A stretch of DNA of 64,000 nucleotides. Origin: an uncultured Candidatus Binatia bacterium (GTDB lineage: Bacteria; Desulfobacterota; Binatia; Bin18). The notes under the pieces are model-generated. The model was given only the letters and a program-made list of their open reading frames with translations, was not told where the DNA came from and searched no databases. Below, piece after piece: positions 29,097 to 38,407 of the stretch; position 1 is the first letter of the stretch; the number at the start of each line of letters is the position of its first letter. Position numbers and translations under genes: made by a program. The stretch covers positions 1,472,001 through 1,536,000 of the forward strand of contig OZ241744.1 in NCBI GenBank assembly GCA_965200965.1, written 5' to 3'.

Positions 29097-30944
29097 CTAG
29101 AGGTCGGCGTTGACCGTCTGGTTCTTGCCCCCGCTGATGCTGCTCCGCCTTCCGCTCGCCCGGTTGTTCAACCCCCCGCTCACGCTCGCCGCTGCCCCGC
29201 TCGCCCGGTTCTGCACACTCACACTCGCCAGCGGATCAGGGCCAGCCGTGTTGCTCTGCCCCCCGAGCACGCTCGCATACGAGCCGCTGGCCACATTCGC
29301 CACGCCCCCGCTCACGCTCGACGCGTCGCCACTCGCCTCGTTGTTCTGGCCTCCGCTCACACTCCCATAGTCCCCGCTCGCCTCGTTGTCCCGGCCCCCA
29401 CTCACGCTCGCGTACTCCCCGCTGATGATGTTCCCGACCCCCACCACCAAGCCACTATGACTCGAATACTCGTGCTCAGGGCCAATCACCACATTGTGCG
29501 AACCGCTGCGATCATTGCGGCCCAAGGTCCGCTGGGTAGCGATCCCGGCGGTGGTGTCCACATCTTCGTTGTAGCCCACGATCAGGTTGCCTAACCCGTT
29601 GGTCGTATTGGTGCTGCTAGCCCCGTTGTGGAGGTGGACATTGCAGCCCGTGAAGACTACATCAGCCTTCGCCTGGCCGTCCACGTCTTTGGTGGTGAGA
29701 CAGGCAGGCAGGCGGTTGCTGAAATCGTTGGCCGCTGCCACGGTCACGCCGCTGCCGCCGCCGATGGTGGAGAAGTTGCCCGTGACTCGGTTGTTGGAGC
29801 CCCCGCTCACGCTCGCCGCAGTGCTCGTCGCCGTGTTGCTCTGCCCCCCGCTCACGCTGGTCGCCCAGCCGCCGGCCGTGTTGGCATGGCCCCCGCTCAC
29901 GCTGGAGTCATAAGCCCGGGTCGTGTTGCCAGTGCCGCCGCTCACACTGGAGGTCCCGCCGATGGCCCTGTTCTGACTGCCCCCGCTCACGCTGGAGTTA
30001 ATGCCGATGGCCCTGTTCCTATAACCACCGCTCACGCTCGCCCCCAAGTCGCTGGCCCTGTTCTGACTGCCCCCGCTCACGCTCGCCACATAGCCGATGG
30101 CCCTGTTCCCCTGGCCCCCGCTCACGCTCGCCGCAGTGCCCGTCGCCGTGTTGCTCTGCCCCCCGCTCACGCTGGTCGCCCAGCCGCCGGCCGTGTTGGC
30201 ATGGCCCCCGCTCACGCTGGAGTCATAAGCCCGGGTCGTGTTGCCAGTGCCGCCGCTCACACTGGAGGTCCCGCCGATGGCCCTGTTCTGACTGCCCCCA
30301 CTCACGCTGGAGTTAATGCCGATGGCCCTGTTCCTATAACCCCCGCTCACGCTCGCCCCCAAGTCGCTGGCCCTGTTCTGACTGCCCCCGCTCACGCTCG
30401 CCGCAGTGCTCGTCGCCGTGTTGCTCTGCCCCCCGCTCACGCTGGTCGCCCAGCCGCCGGCCGTGTTGGCATGGCCCCCGCTCACGCTCGCCGAAACGCC
30501 GGAGATGACGTTATCCGCCCCCACCACCAGCCCGCCAGAACCGGGGTACTGATGCTGACTCCCAATCACCAGGTTGTGCGAGCCGCCCCGCTGGGCCGTA
30601 TCCGCAGTCGGCGAATCGTTCGCCTCGTTGTAGCCGATAATCAGGTTGCCCAGCCCCAGGGGTTCGGAGCCCCAGTTATCGTTCACGGTCCGCCCTCTAT
30701 GGGTCACCCCCGACCCGCTGCGGATGTGGACATTGGCCCCAGTGAAGATTATGTGCGGACCGCTCAGGCCATGGTAGGTGCTGGTGGCCGCATCCTCAAT
30801 CACCTGGATGTAGCGGGTCAGCTTGGCCACCGTGGCCTCTAGGCTTTGGACCCGGCTCTCCAGGGTAGGCGCTGTCTGGCTCCAGCCTGGGCTGGCGGTC
30901 AGCAGGATGGAGAACAGGGAAGAGAACAACACGAAACAACGCAT
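29097..30944 (-). CDS. secreted SVSGG-repeat protein, paralog 4 (N-module B, C-module beta)
   Basis: B-type signal peptide; C-terminal part nearly identical to paralog 2; internal block duplications at 270 and 315 bp offsets. Confidence 0.85.
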   Translation of the reverse strand: MRCFVLFSSLFSILLTASPGWSQTAPTLESRVQSLEATVAKLTRYIQVIEDAATSTYHGLSGPHIIFTGANVHIRSGSGVTHRGRTVNDNWGSEPLGLGNLIIGYNEANDSPTADTAQRGGSHNLVIGSQHQYPGSGGLVVGADNVISGVSASVSGGHANTAGGWATSVSGGQSNTATSTAASVSGGSQNRASDLGASVSGGYRNRAIGINSSVSGGSQNRAIGGTSSVSGGTGNTTRAYDSSVSGGHANTAGGWATSVSGGQSNTATGTAASVSGGQGNRAIGYVASVSGGSQNRASDLGASVSGGYRNRAIGINSSVSGGSQNRAIGGTSSVSGGTGNTTRAYDSSVSGGHANTAGGWATSVSGGQSNTATSTAASVSGGSNNRVTGNFSTIGGGSGVTVAAANDFSNRLPACLTTKDVDGQAKADVVFTGCNVHLHNGASSTNTTNGLGNLIVGYNEDVDTTAGIATQRTLGRNDRSGSHNVVIGPEHEYSSHSGLVVGVGNIISGEYASVSGGRDNEASGDYGSVSGGQNNEASGDASSVSGGVANVASGSYASVLGGQSNTAGPDPLASVSVQNRASGAAASVSGGLNNRASGRRSSISGGKNQTVNADL

Positions 30945-31144
30945 AAAGCGCTCCTTTCGGCCCTACAGGGGGCGGTTAGAGTTAAGATAGAGCGCATTCA
31001 TACGCTTCTTCCGCCCAAGCGGTCAAGGCGGGGCCGGGGCCGGCGTACCTGCCACGGAAGACGGAAGAGAGCAGGTACGCCCGCCTTGCGCCTCAGGGTT
31101 GCCCTCTGTATATGAGGACAGGCCAGCGTCGGGACTCCAGCACC

Positions 31145-31726
31145 ATGCAGTCAACACCCACATCACGCTCAGCCTTCCGCTTCCTGGTCCTCCTCAGCGC
31201 TACGCTCGGGGTGTTGACCGTGGTGCAGACTCAGGACGGGCCAGGCGTGTGGAATGGGGGAAAGGCCGCCTGGTGGGATTTTTCCCTCCTTGATCTGGGG
31301 CTGACCGGCTGGGGCAACGCGCCCCAACAGCCGGTCGCTTTCAGCCATGCCTTGCACGCCGAGGCTGGCCTTGACTGCCTGTACTGCCATAGCGCAGCCC
31401 GCCTCTCGCCCCAGGCCGGGATTCCGCCCCTCGCAACGTGTATCGGCTGCCACAGAAGAGCCACCGCCCAGCCCGAGTTGCTCAAGGTGCAGGACTACTG
31501 GCAACGCCAGCAGCCCATCCCCTGGGTGCGGGTGCATAGGCTGCCCCGCTTTACCCGCTTCAGCCACAAACGGCATATTCGGGCCGGCCTTGAGTGCTTG
31601 AGTTGTCACGGCCCAGTGGACCGGATGGAGCGGGTGGAGCAGGTCTCGTCGCTGAAAATGGGCTGGTGTGTGAGCTGCCACGAGGCCCAGCGGGCGGACA
31701 AAGACTGTCTGGTATGCCATTATTGA
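31145..31726 (+). CDS. actA: alternative complex III pentaheme cytochrome c
   Basis: PQQPVAFSHALH; CLYCH, CIGCH, CLSCH, MGWCVSCH, CLVCH. Confidence 0.9.
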   Translation: MQSTPTSRSAFRFLVLLSATLGVLTVVQTQDGPGVWNGGKAAWWDFSLLDLGLTGWGNAPQQPVAFSHALHAEAGLDCLYCHSAARLSPQAGIPPLATCIGCHRRATAQPELLKVQDYWQRQQPIPWVRVHRLPRFTRFSHKRHIRAGLECLSCHGPVDRMERVEQVSSLKMGWCVSCHEAQRADKDCLVCHY

Positions 31727-31747
31727 GCCACACCACAGGGTACGCGC

Positions 31748-34729
31748 ATGGGAATTGATCGCCGAAATTTTCTCAAACTGCTTGGCCTCGGCTCAACCGC
31801 GCCACTGGTCGGCTGTGCCGCGGAGCCGGTCGAGAAAATCATTCCCTATGTGATTCAGCCCGAGAACATCGTGCCCGGCATTGCCAACTCCTACGCGACC
31901 ACCTGCCGGGAATGTCCGGCCGGCTGCGGCATGGTGGTCCGCACCCGTGAGGGCCGGGCGGTCAAAGCCGAGGGCAACCCATCCCACCCGATCAACGCCG
32001 GTACCCTGTGCGCCCGGGGCCAGGCGGCACTGCAAGGACTGTATAATCCAGACCGGATTCGCCAACCGCTGGCCCGGGACGCGACCGGGACCCTGCAGGC
32101 GGTCGCGTGGCAAGACGCCCAGCAGACCCTCGTGGACAAGCTCCGGGCCCTGCGGACAGAAGACCGGCTGGCGCAGACGGCGTTTCTGACCGGCCCGCTC
32201 GGCGACAGTCTGCACGGCCTGGTAAGCCAGTGGCTGGGCCGGCTCGGCTCGCAGCGGCTGACCGTCTATGAACCGTTTGCCTATGAGGCGCTGCGCCGGG
32301 CGAGTGAACTCTGTTTCAGTCGACTCACCCCCAGCTATGCGATAGACAAGGCCCGATTTCTGGTCAGCTTTGGCGCGGACTTTCTGGAGACATGGCGCTC
32401 CCCGGTCGAGTACGCCAGGGCGTTTGGCACAATGCGCAGCAAGCGCGGCAGCTTTGTGCAGGTTGAGCCGCGCTTGTCGCAAACCGGCGCAAACGCCGAT
32501 ACCTGGGTCAGTATTCAGCCCGGCAGGGAGGCGTTTCTGGCCCTTGGCATGGCCCGGAGCATTGTTGACGAACAGCTCACCAACGGCGTGTCAGCCGCGG
32601 AAGGGCAAAAACTCAGCGCCCTGCTGGCCCCCTATTCGCCGCGGCGCGTTGCCGCACTGAGCGGCGTACCGGCTTGGCGGATTCAACGCCTGGCCCGCGA
32701 CTTTGCGGCTCAGCGGCCGAGCCTGGCACTTGGGGCCGGGGTGGCGACAAGCTCACGACAGGCGACGGCCAGTCAGGTGGCCGTCCTGGTGCTGAACTAT
32801 GTGGCCGGCAATATCGGTCAGACCGTCCTGTTTGAAGCCGATGACGGCCTGAGTCGGGCGCATCCCTATACCTCGCTCCAGGCGCTCATCAGCGCGATGG
32901 AGGACGGGCAGGTCCCGCTCCTGCTGCTGGCCCACACCAACCCGGTCTTCAGCGCGCCCGAGGCCAGCGGATTTGCCAAAGCCCTTGAGCAGGTCCCGTT
33001 TGTCGTCAGCTTCTCGTCTTTTCCTGATGAGACGACCGAGCGGGCCGACCTTGTGCTGCCCGACCACAGCCCGCTGGAGAGCTGGGGTGATAGCAGCCCG
33101 CGGACCGGCGTCCACGCCCTGATGCAGCCGGTCATGGCCCCGGTGTTTGACACCCGGCCGATGGGCGATGTCCTGCTCTCAGTGGCCGCCCAACTTGAGG
33201 CGGCCCCGGAACCCAGCGGGAAGGCCGCGGCTTCCCAGCCGTGGAACAGCTTCTATGCGTGTCTCCGGGACTCGTGGAGAACGATCCACCAGCGGGCCGT
33301 ACAGGGAGCAGAAACCGATTTTGACACCTTCTGGCGCGAGGCCGTGCAGCGCGGGGGCTACTGGGAAGCGGCCCAGCCGCTAGCGGTTGAGCTGTCGCCG
33401 GCCGTCTATGCCCAGACATTTGATGTGCCGGAACTGTCCGGTCCGCCAGGCTCCTCCCTGCCCCTCATGCTGTATCCGTCCTCACGCTATTTTGACGGAC
33501 GGGGGGCCAACAAGCCCTGGCTGCAAGAACTGCCCGACCCCATGACCAAGGCGGTGTGGGACTCCTGGATCGATATCCACCCCCAGACCGCGGCCCGGCT
33601 CGGCATTGAGGACGGCGAGGTGCTGACCCTGCACTCGCCCCACGGCCGGCTTGAAGCCCCGGCCTGCCTGTACCCCCACATGCAGCCGGAACTGCTGGCC
33701 ATGCCGATCGGGCAGGGCCACACCGGCTACGGTCGCTACGCGGCCGGCCGCGGGGCCAACCCGATTCACCTGTTGCCGGCCGACGCTGAGACCGCGGCCG
33801 GGGGCCTGGCCTGGTTCTCGACGCGGGTGCAAATCGCGCCGGCCGGACGCCGCCAGCCCCTCGTCACCACGGCCGGCAGCAACACCCAACTCGGCCGCGG
33901 CATCGCCCAATCAGTCACGGCCGCGGCCCTGGCCGAGCAGTCCGCGGCCGACCCTGGTACGCCGTCCGGCAAGGGGCATGCGCACGACATGTACCCCGAA
34001 CTGGAATACGAACACTACCGCTGGGGCATGACGGTTGACCTGTCGGCCTGCACCGGGTGCGGGGCGTGTGTGACGGCCTGCTACGCCGAGAACAATATCC
34101 CGACGGTCGGCAAGGAAGCAGTAGCCGAGGGGCGGGAGATGGCCTGGCTGCGGATTGAACGCTATTTTGCCGATAGCTCGCCCCGGCACTGGGACCCCGC
34201 CGCCCCGCCGGTGTCCTTTGCGCCCATGCTGTGTCAACAGTGCGGCAACGCCCCGTGCGAGCCGGTGTGCCCGGTGTACGCCACCTATCATAACCCAGAG
34301 GGCCTCAACGCCCAGGTCTACAACCGGTGTGTCGGCACCCGCTATTGCTCAAACAACTGCCCCTACAAGGTGCGCCGCTTCAACTGGTCGCCGGCCGAGT
34401 GGCCCGAACCGCTCCACCTCCAACTCAACCCCGATGTGACCGTGCGAGAAGCCGGGGTGATGGAGAAGTGTACCTTCTGCGTCCAGCGGATTCAGGCGGG
34501 CAAAGATCGGGCCAAAGACGAAAACCGCCCGGTCCGGGACGGCGAGATCACACCGGCCTGCGCCCAGACCTGTCCAACCCGGGCGATTCATTTTGGCAAC
34601 CTGGAAGACCCCCAGAGCGCCGTCTCACAGCACCGCCAGGACCCGCGCGCCTACACCGTCCTGGACCACCTCAACACCAAGCCGGCGGTGACCTACCTCA
34701 AAAGAGTCGTCAGGCACCGAGACGGCTGA
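31748..34729 (+). CDS. actB: alternative complex III ActB (Tat-exported molybdopterin-oxidoreductase-like plus 4Fe-4S domains)
   Basis: RRNFLK Tat motif, DGRGANKPWLQELPDP, CTGCGACVTAC, YNRCVGTRYCSNNCPYKVRRFN, GVMEKCTFCVQRI. Confidence 0.92.
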   Translation: MGIDRRNFLKLLGLGSTAPLVGCAAEPVEKIIPYVIQPENIVPGIANSYATTCRECPAGCGMVVRTREGRAVKAEGNPSHPINAGTLCARGQAALQGLYNPDRIRQPLARDATGTLQAVAWQDAQQTLVDKLRALRTEDRLAQTAFLTGPLGDSLHGLVSQWLGRLGSQRLTVYEPFAYEALRRASELCFSRLTPSYAIDKARFLVSFGADFLETWRSPVEYARAFGTMRSKRGSFVQVEPRLSQTGANADTWVSIQPGREAFLALGMARSIVDEQLTNGVSAAEGQKLSALLAPYSPRRVAALSGVPAWRIQRLARDFAAQRPSLALGAGVATSSRQATASQVAVLVLNYVAGNIGQTVLFEADDGLSRAHPYTSLQALISAMEDGQVPLLLLAHTNPVFSAPEASGFAKALEQVPFVVSFSSFPDETTERADLVLPDHSPLESWGDSSPRTGVHALMQPVMAPVFDTRPMGDVLLSVAAQLEAAPEPSGKAAASQPWNSFYACLRDSWRTIHQRAVQGAETDFDTFWREAVQRGGYWEAAQPLAVELSPAVYAQTFDVPELSGPPGSSLPLMLYPSSRYFDGRGANKPWLQELPDPMTKAVWDSWIDIHPQTAARLGIEDGEVLTLHSPHGRLEAPACLYPHMQPELLAMPIGQGHTGYGRYAAGRGANPIHLLPADAETAAGGLAWFSTRVQIAPAGRRQPLVTTAGSNTQLGRGIAQSVTAAALAEQSAADPGTPSGKGHAHDMYPELEYEHYRWGMTVDLSACTGCGACVTACYAENNIPTVGKEAVAEGREMAWLRIERYFADSSPRHWDPAAPPVSFAPMLCQQCGNAPCEPVCPVYATYHNPEGLNAQVYNRCVGTRYCSNNCPYKVRRFNWSPAEWPEPLHLQLNPDVTVREAGVMEKCTFCVQRIQAGKDRAKDENRPVRDGEITPACAQTCPTRAIHFGNLEDPQSAVSQHRQDPRAYTVLDHLNTKPAVTYLKRVVRHRDG

Positions 34730-34753
34730 ACACCGACGGCTCACCCCTGCGGT

Positions 34754-36625
34754 ATGGAAACCACGCCCCTCAGCTATCGTCAGGTCAACCGCGACTTGCT
34801 CAAGCAGGTCTTTTCAGCCCCGGCCAAGCCCTGGTCCATTCTGTTGGCCTGCGATCTGGCGGTCCTGGCCTTTGGGCTGTACTGCTGGCGATACCAGCTC
34901 GAGGCCGGGCTGGGGGTAACGGGCTTGAACCACCCGGTGAGCTGGGGCGTGTATATCACGAACTTTGTGTTCTGGGTCGGCATTGCCCACTCCGGGACCC
35001 TGATCTCGGCGGTCTTGTTTCTGTTTCGGGCCGGCTGGCGCACCTCCATTGCCCGGAGTGCGGAGGCGATGACGATTTTTGCAGTGATGACCGCCGCCCT
35101 GTTCCCCATCATCCACCTGGGCCGGGCGTGGAACTTTTACTGGCTGCTGCCGTATCCGAATCAGCGTCAGTTGTGGGTCAACTTCCAGTCTCCACTGGTC
35201 TGGGACGCCTTTGCAATCAGCACCTATTTTGCGGTCAGCGCCATGTTCTGGTACATCGGCCTGCTCCCCGACCTGGCCGCCATCCGTGACCGGGCCGGCG
35301 GCCTGCGCCGCACCCTCTACGGCCTGCTGTCCCTGGGCTGGCAGGGCACGAACCGCCAGTGGCTCCACTATCTCAGCGCCTACGGTTTTTTTGCCGCCCT
35401 GGCCACCCCGCTCGTCGTCTCGGTCCACAGCGTGGTGTCGTGGGACTTTGCCATGGCCCTGGTACCGGGCTGGCACAGCACGATTTTTGCCCCCTACTTT
35501 GTGGCCGGGGCGATTTTCTCGGGTCTGGCCATGGTCCTGACGCTGCTGATTCCGCTGCGGCGAATCTTTGGTCTGGAAGCGTATATTACCCCTACCCACT
35601 TCGATAATCTGGGCAAAATGATTATCCTCACCTCGCTGATCCTCAGCTACGCCTATGTCAGCGAGGTCTTCATTGCCTGGTATAGCGGCAACCCGTTTGA
35701 GCGCGCAATTTTCTGGTACCGGGCGTTTGGCGATTACAGCCACCTCTTTTGGCTGATGGTCTGTTGCAACTGCCTTGTGCCGATGCTGCTGTGGGCGCGC
35801 TCGATTCGGACCCATACGCTGTGGCTGTTCGGCATTGCGCTGCTGATTAACGTCGGGATGTGGCTGGAGCGCTTTGTCATTATTGTCTCGTCGCTGGCCC
35901 ACGAGTTTAACCCGTCGGCCTGGGGCGTGTACTGGCCGACGTGGGTCGAGCTCGGCATCACCGCCGGCAGCTTTGCCTGGTTTTTCCTGTGGTTTCTGCT
36001 GTTCATCAAGTTTCTGCCGCTGGTCTCACTGGCCGAGATCAAAGAGCATCTGCCCCTGCCGACCGACCGGCCGCCGACCGGCCCGGACCGGCAGGCAATG
36101 GCACCGGCGCTGACCGGACACGAGAGCGGAGCGGTGGGGATTTTTTCTCAGCTCGACAGCCTGCTTGCGGCCATCACCCATCTCCGCCGGCGCGGCTACA
36201 GCCAACTCAGCGTGGTCTCGCCCTTTCCCGTAGCCGAAATCCAGCGCGCGTTTGGCGCGTCCACCAGCCCGGTCCGCTATTATACCCTTGCCGGCGGCCT
36301 GCTGGGGGCGTGCCTGGGCTTTGGTCTGCCAATCTATACGGCCCTGGACTGGCCGCTCCAGACCGGCGGCAAACCGATGATCGGGCTGCCGTCATTTGCC
36401 ATTATCGGCTTTGAAATGACCATCCTGTTTGGCGCGCTGGCGACCCTGCTCGGTCTGTTGCTGCACGCCCGCCTGCCCGCCCGCCCGATCGCAATCGGTC
36501 AAGACCCGCGTTTTTCAGAAGACTGCTTTGGGCTGTGTGTGGCCTGTACAGGCGCACAGCTGAGCGCGGTCAAGGACAGCCTCACTGTGAGCGGTGCCCA
36601 GGACGTGTATGGCCGAGGTGTGTAA
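34754..36625 (+). CDS. actC: alternative complex III ActC (NrfD family) fused to ActD (DUF3341-like)
   Basis: WGVYITNFVFWVGIAHSGTLISA, HSVVSWDFA...PGWHSTIFAPYF; after ~aa 448 ActD motifs SPFP, DWPLQTGGKP, FEMTILF, DPRFSED. Confidence 0.9.
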   Translation: METTPLSYRQVNRDLLKQVFSAPAKPWSILLACDLAVLAFGLYCWRYQLEAGLGVTGLNHPVSWGVYITNFVFWVGIAHSGTLISAVLFLFRAGWRTSIARSAEAMTIFAVMTAALFPIIHLGRAWNFYWLLPYPNQRQLWVNFQSPLVWDAFAISTYFAVSAMFWYIGLLPDLAAIRDRAGGLRRTLYGLLSLGWQGTNRQWLHYLSAYGFFAALATPLVVSVHSVVSWDFAMALVPGWHSTIFAPYFVAGAIFSGLAMVLTLLIPLRRIFGLEAYITPTHFDNLGKMIILTSLILSYAYVSEVFIAWYSGNPFERAIFWYRAFGDYSHLFWLMVCCNCLVPMLLWARSIRTHTLWLFGIALLINVGMWLERFVIIVSSLAHEFNPSAWGVYWPTWVELGITAGSFAWFFLWFLLFIKFLPLVSLAEIKEHLPLPTDRPPTGPDRQAMAPALTGHESGAVGIFSQLDSLLAAITHLRRRGYSQLSVVSPFPVAEIQRAFGASTSPVRYYTLAGGLLGACLGFGLPIYTALDWPLQTGGKPMIGLPSFAIIGFEMTILFGALATLLGLLLHARLPARPIAIGQDPRFSEDCFGLCVACTGAQLSAVKDSLTVSGAQDVYGRGV

Positions 36626-37154
36626 ACCCCGCTCCTCGCGCCTCACCGGGGTGAAGTGGGGTCTGGCCGGCCTGCTCGGAACCGCGCTGGTCCTGAGCGT
36701 TCAGCCCGGCCACAGCCTGCCGTGGAACACCGATATGTACGGCCAGTCCGGACTCGCAGCCGGCACGGCCCCGCAGGCTCCACCGGCCCACACCGTCCCG
36801 ACGACCGGGGCTGAGTCGCCCGGGTCGGCGCGGATGTCGGCGCGGATCAGAGCCGGTCTGGGCCTGACAAACCCGAGGCCGGCCTCAGCCGAATCCCTGG
36901 CCAGCGGCAAAGCCCTGTTTCAGATCTACTGCACGGCGTGTCACGGCCCCTCCGGCAGAGGCGACGGCCCGGTCGTGGGCAGGGGCATGCCGTCCTCAGA
37001 CCTTCACACCGCGCGCATCACAAGCCAAAAAGACGGCTATGTGTACGCCACGATCCGCAGCGGTGGCATCATCATGCCCGGCTATGGCCACGCCCTGTCC
37101 ATCACAGAGCGCTGGGATATTGTGAATTACCTCCGTCACCTCCAGGGACAATGA
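36609..37154 (+). CDS. actE: alternative complex III monoheme cytochrome c (start uncertain)
   Basis: DMYGQ..PPAHTVP, YCTACHG, MPGY, ERWDIVNYLR. Confidence 0.82.
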   Translation: MAEVCKPRSSRLTGVKWGLAGLLGTALVLSVQPGHSLPWNTDMYGQSGLAAGTAPQAPPAHTVPTTGAESPGSARMSARIRAGLGLTNPRPASAESLASGKALFQIYCTACHGPSGRGDGPVVGRGMPSSDLHTARITSQKDGYVYATIRSGGIIMPGYGHALSITERWDIVNYLRHLQGQ

Positions 37155-38407
37155 GCACCCCGGCCACAGTTCGCCCGGGGTCTGCCACCCAGTCCGCCCG
37201 GCTGGTCGGGCTGTTATGGGCCTGTGTCGGCCTCGGCGTGGTGGCCTTTGGGCTGGGCGTCTGGATACACCCCCAGCGCGCCTGGCAGGCCTACTTGGTC
37301 AACTGGCTCTTCTGGTCGGGCGTGGCTCTGAGCGGCACGACATTTGCCGCCATCTTAAACCTGGTCAAGGCGCGGTGGGCCGGCCCGCTGCGCTACCTGG
37401 CCGAGGCCCTGGCCGCCTGGCTCCCGGTCTCTTTTGGGTTGTTTGTCCTGCTGGTATTTGGCACGGCCTATCTGTTCCCGTGGCTCCATGAGCCGGTCAA
37501 GGCCAAACAGAACTGGCTGAATACGGGCTTTGTCTTTTTCCGCGCTTTTTGCGCCCTGGCCATCCTGTACACGCTGAGCCTGGTCTTTGTGTATTACTCG
37601 CTGCGGCCTCGAGCCAACCGCCTTCCTGCTCAGACGCAGCGCTGGCTGGCGGCCGTGCTCGAAATGCTGCGCCGCGACTGGCGTGACGCGGAGACCGAAC
37701 AGACCCGCAGCCGGCGGGTCCTAGGGCTGCTCTCGCCGGTCTTTCTGGTGCTGTATGCGGTGTTGTTCAGCCTGATTGGCTTTGACTTGGTGATGTCGCT
37801 TGACCCGCACTGGATCAGCACCCTGTTTGGCGCTTTCTGGTGCGTCGGCAATTTGTATGCCGGACTCGCAGTTCTCATGGTCGGAGCGCTTGGAGTGCGC
37901 AAGCTCGGCCTCCAGGAGTTGCCCACGCCCGCCGAGTCGCACGACCTGGGCAAGCTGATTTTTGGCTTCTGCCTGCTGTGGACCTATCTGTTCTGGTGTC
38001 ACTATCTGCCGATCTGGTACGCCAATCTTCCAGAAGAAACCGGCTTTGTGCTGCGCCGGCTGGCCTCCCAACCGTGGGCGGCGGTGAGCCTGGTTGTGCT
38101 GACGCTGAACTTTCTGATTCCGTTTCCGGTCCTCCTGAGCAGGCGTGTCAAGCAACGGCCAACAGCCCTCGCCGGCTTGGGGCTTGTCATTGGGCTGGGC
38201 ATGTGGCTGGAGCGCTATGTGCTCGTCGTTCCGTCGCTGTGGCAGCCGACCAGCCTGCCCTTGGGCGTCTTGGAGTTGTGTCTGCTGGCCGGATTTTCTG
38301 GCAGCTATGCCCTGGCCTTTCTGGGCTTCGTCCGGGTCTTTATTCCGGCTGACAACAGCCCTAGGACGCCGGCAGGGCAAACACCACCAGCGCGCTGCCC
38401 TGATTGA
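37151..38407 (+). CDS. actF: alternative complex III membrane subunit
   Basis: DLVMSLDPHWISTLFG, HDLGKLIFGFCLLWTY, IWYANLPEET; ATGA overlap with actE. Confidence 0.88.
   Translation: MSTPATVRPGSATQSARLVGLLWACVGLGVVAFGLGVWIHPQRAWQAYLVNWLFWSGVALSGTTFAAILNLVKARWAGPLRYLAEALAAWLPVSFGLFVLLVFGTAYLFPWLHEPVKAKQNWLNTGFVFFRAFCALAILYTLSLVFVYYSLRPRANRLPAQTQRWLAAVLEMLRRDWRDAETEQTRSRRVLGLLSPVFLVLYAVLFSLIGFDLVMSLDPHWISTLFGAFWCVGNLYAGLAVLMVGALGVRKLGLQELPTPAESHDLGKLIFGFCLLWTYLFWCHYLPIWYANLPEETGFVLRRLASQPWAAVSLVVLTLNFLIPFPVLLSRRVKQRPTALAGLGLVIGLGMWLERYVLVVPSLWQPTSLPLGVLELCLLAGFSGSYALAFLGFVRVFIPADNSPRTPAGQTPPARCPD

Noticed and set aside
21930-30500. 45-bp periodic cccccgctcac repeats as a CRISPR array
   Set aside because: The period is a multiple of three, they lie inside open frames, and the intervening sequences are mutually homologous, so they are coding repeats.
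21738-30842. Long plus-strand ORFs rich in PAHA or PPLTL motifs
   Set aside because: Antisense shadows of the 45-bp SVSGG repeats; the minus-strand genes have the RBS, signal peptides and coherent domains.
21915-30944. Diversity-generating retroelement or shufflon as the source of variation
   Set aside because: No reverse transcriptase or site-specific recombinase in the window; all copies are co-oriented and differences are not obviously adenine-specific.
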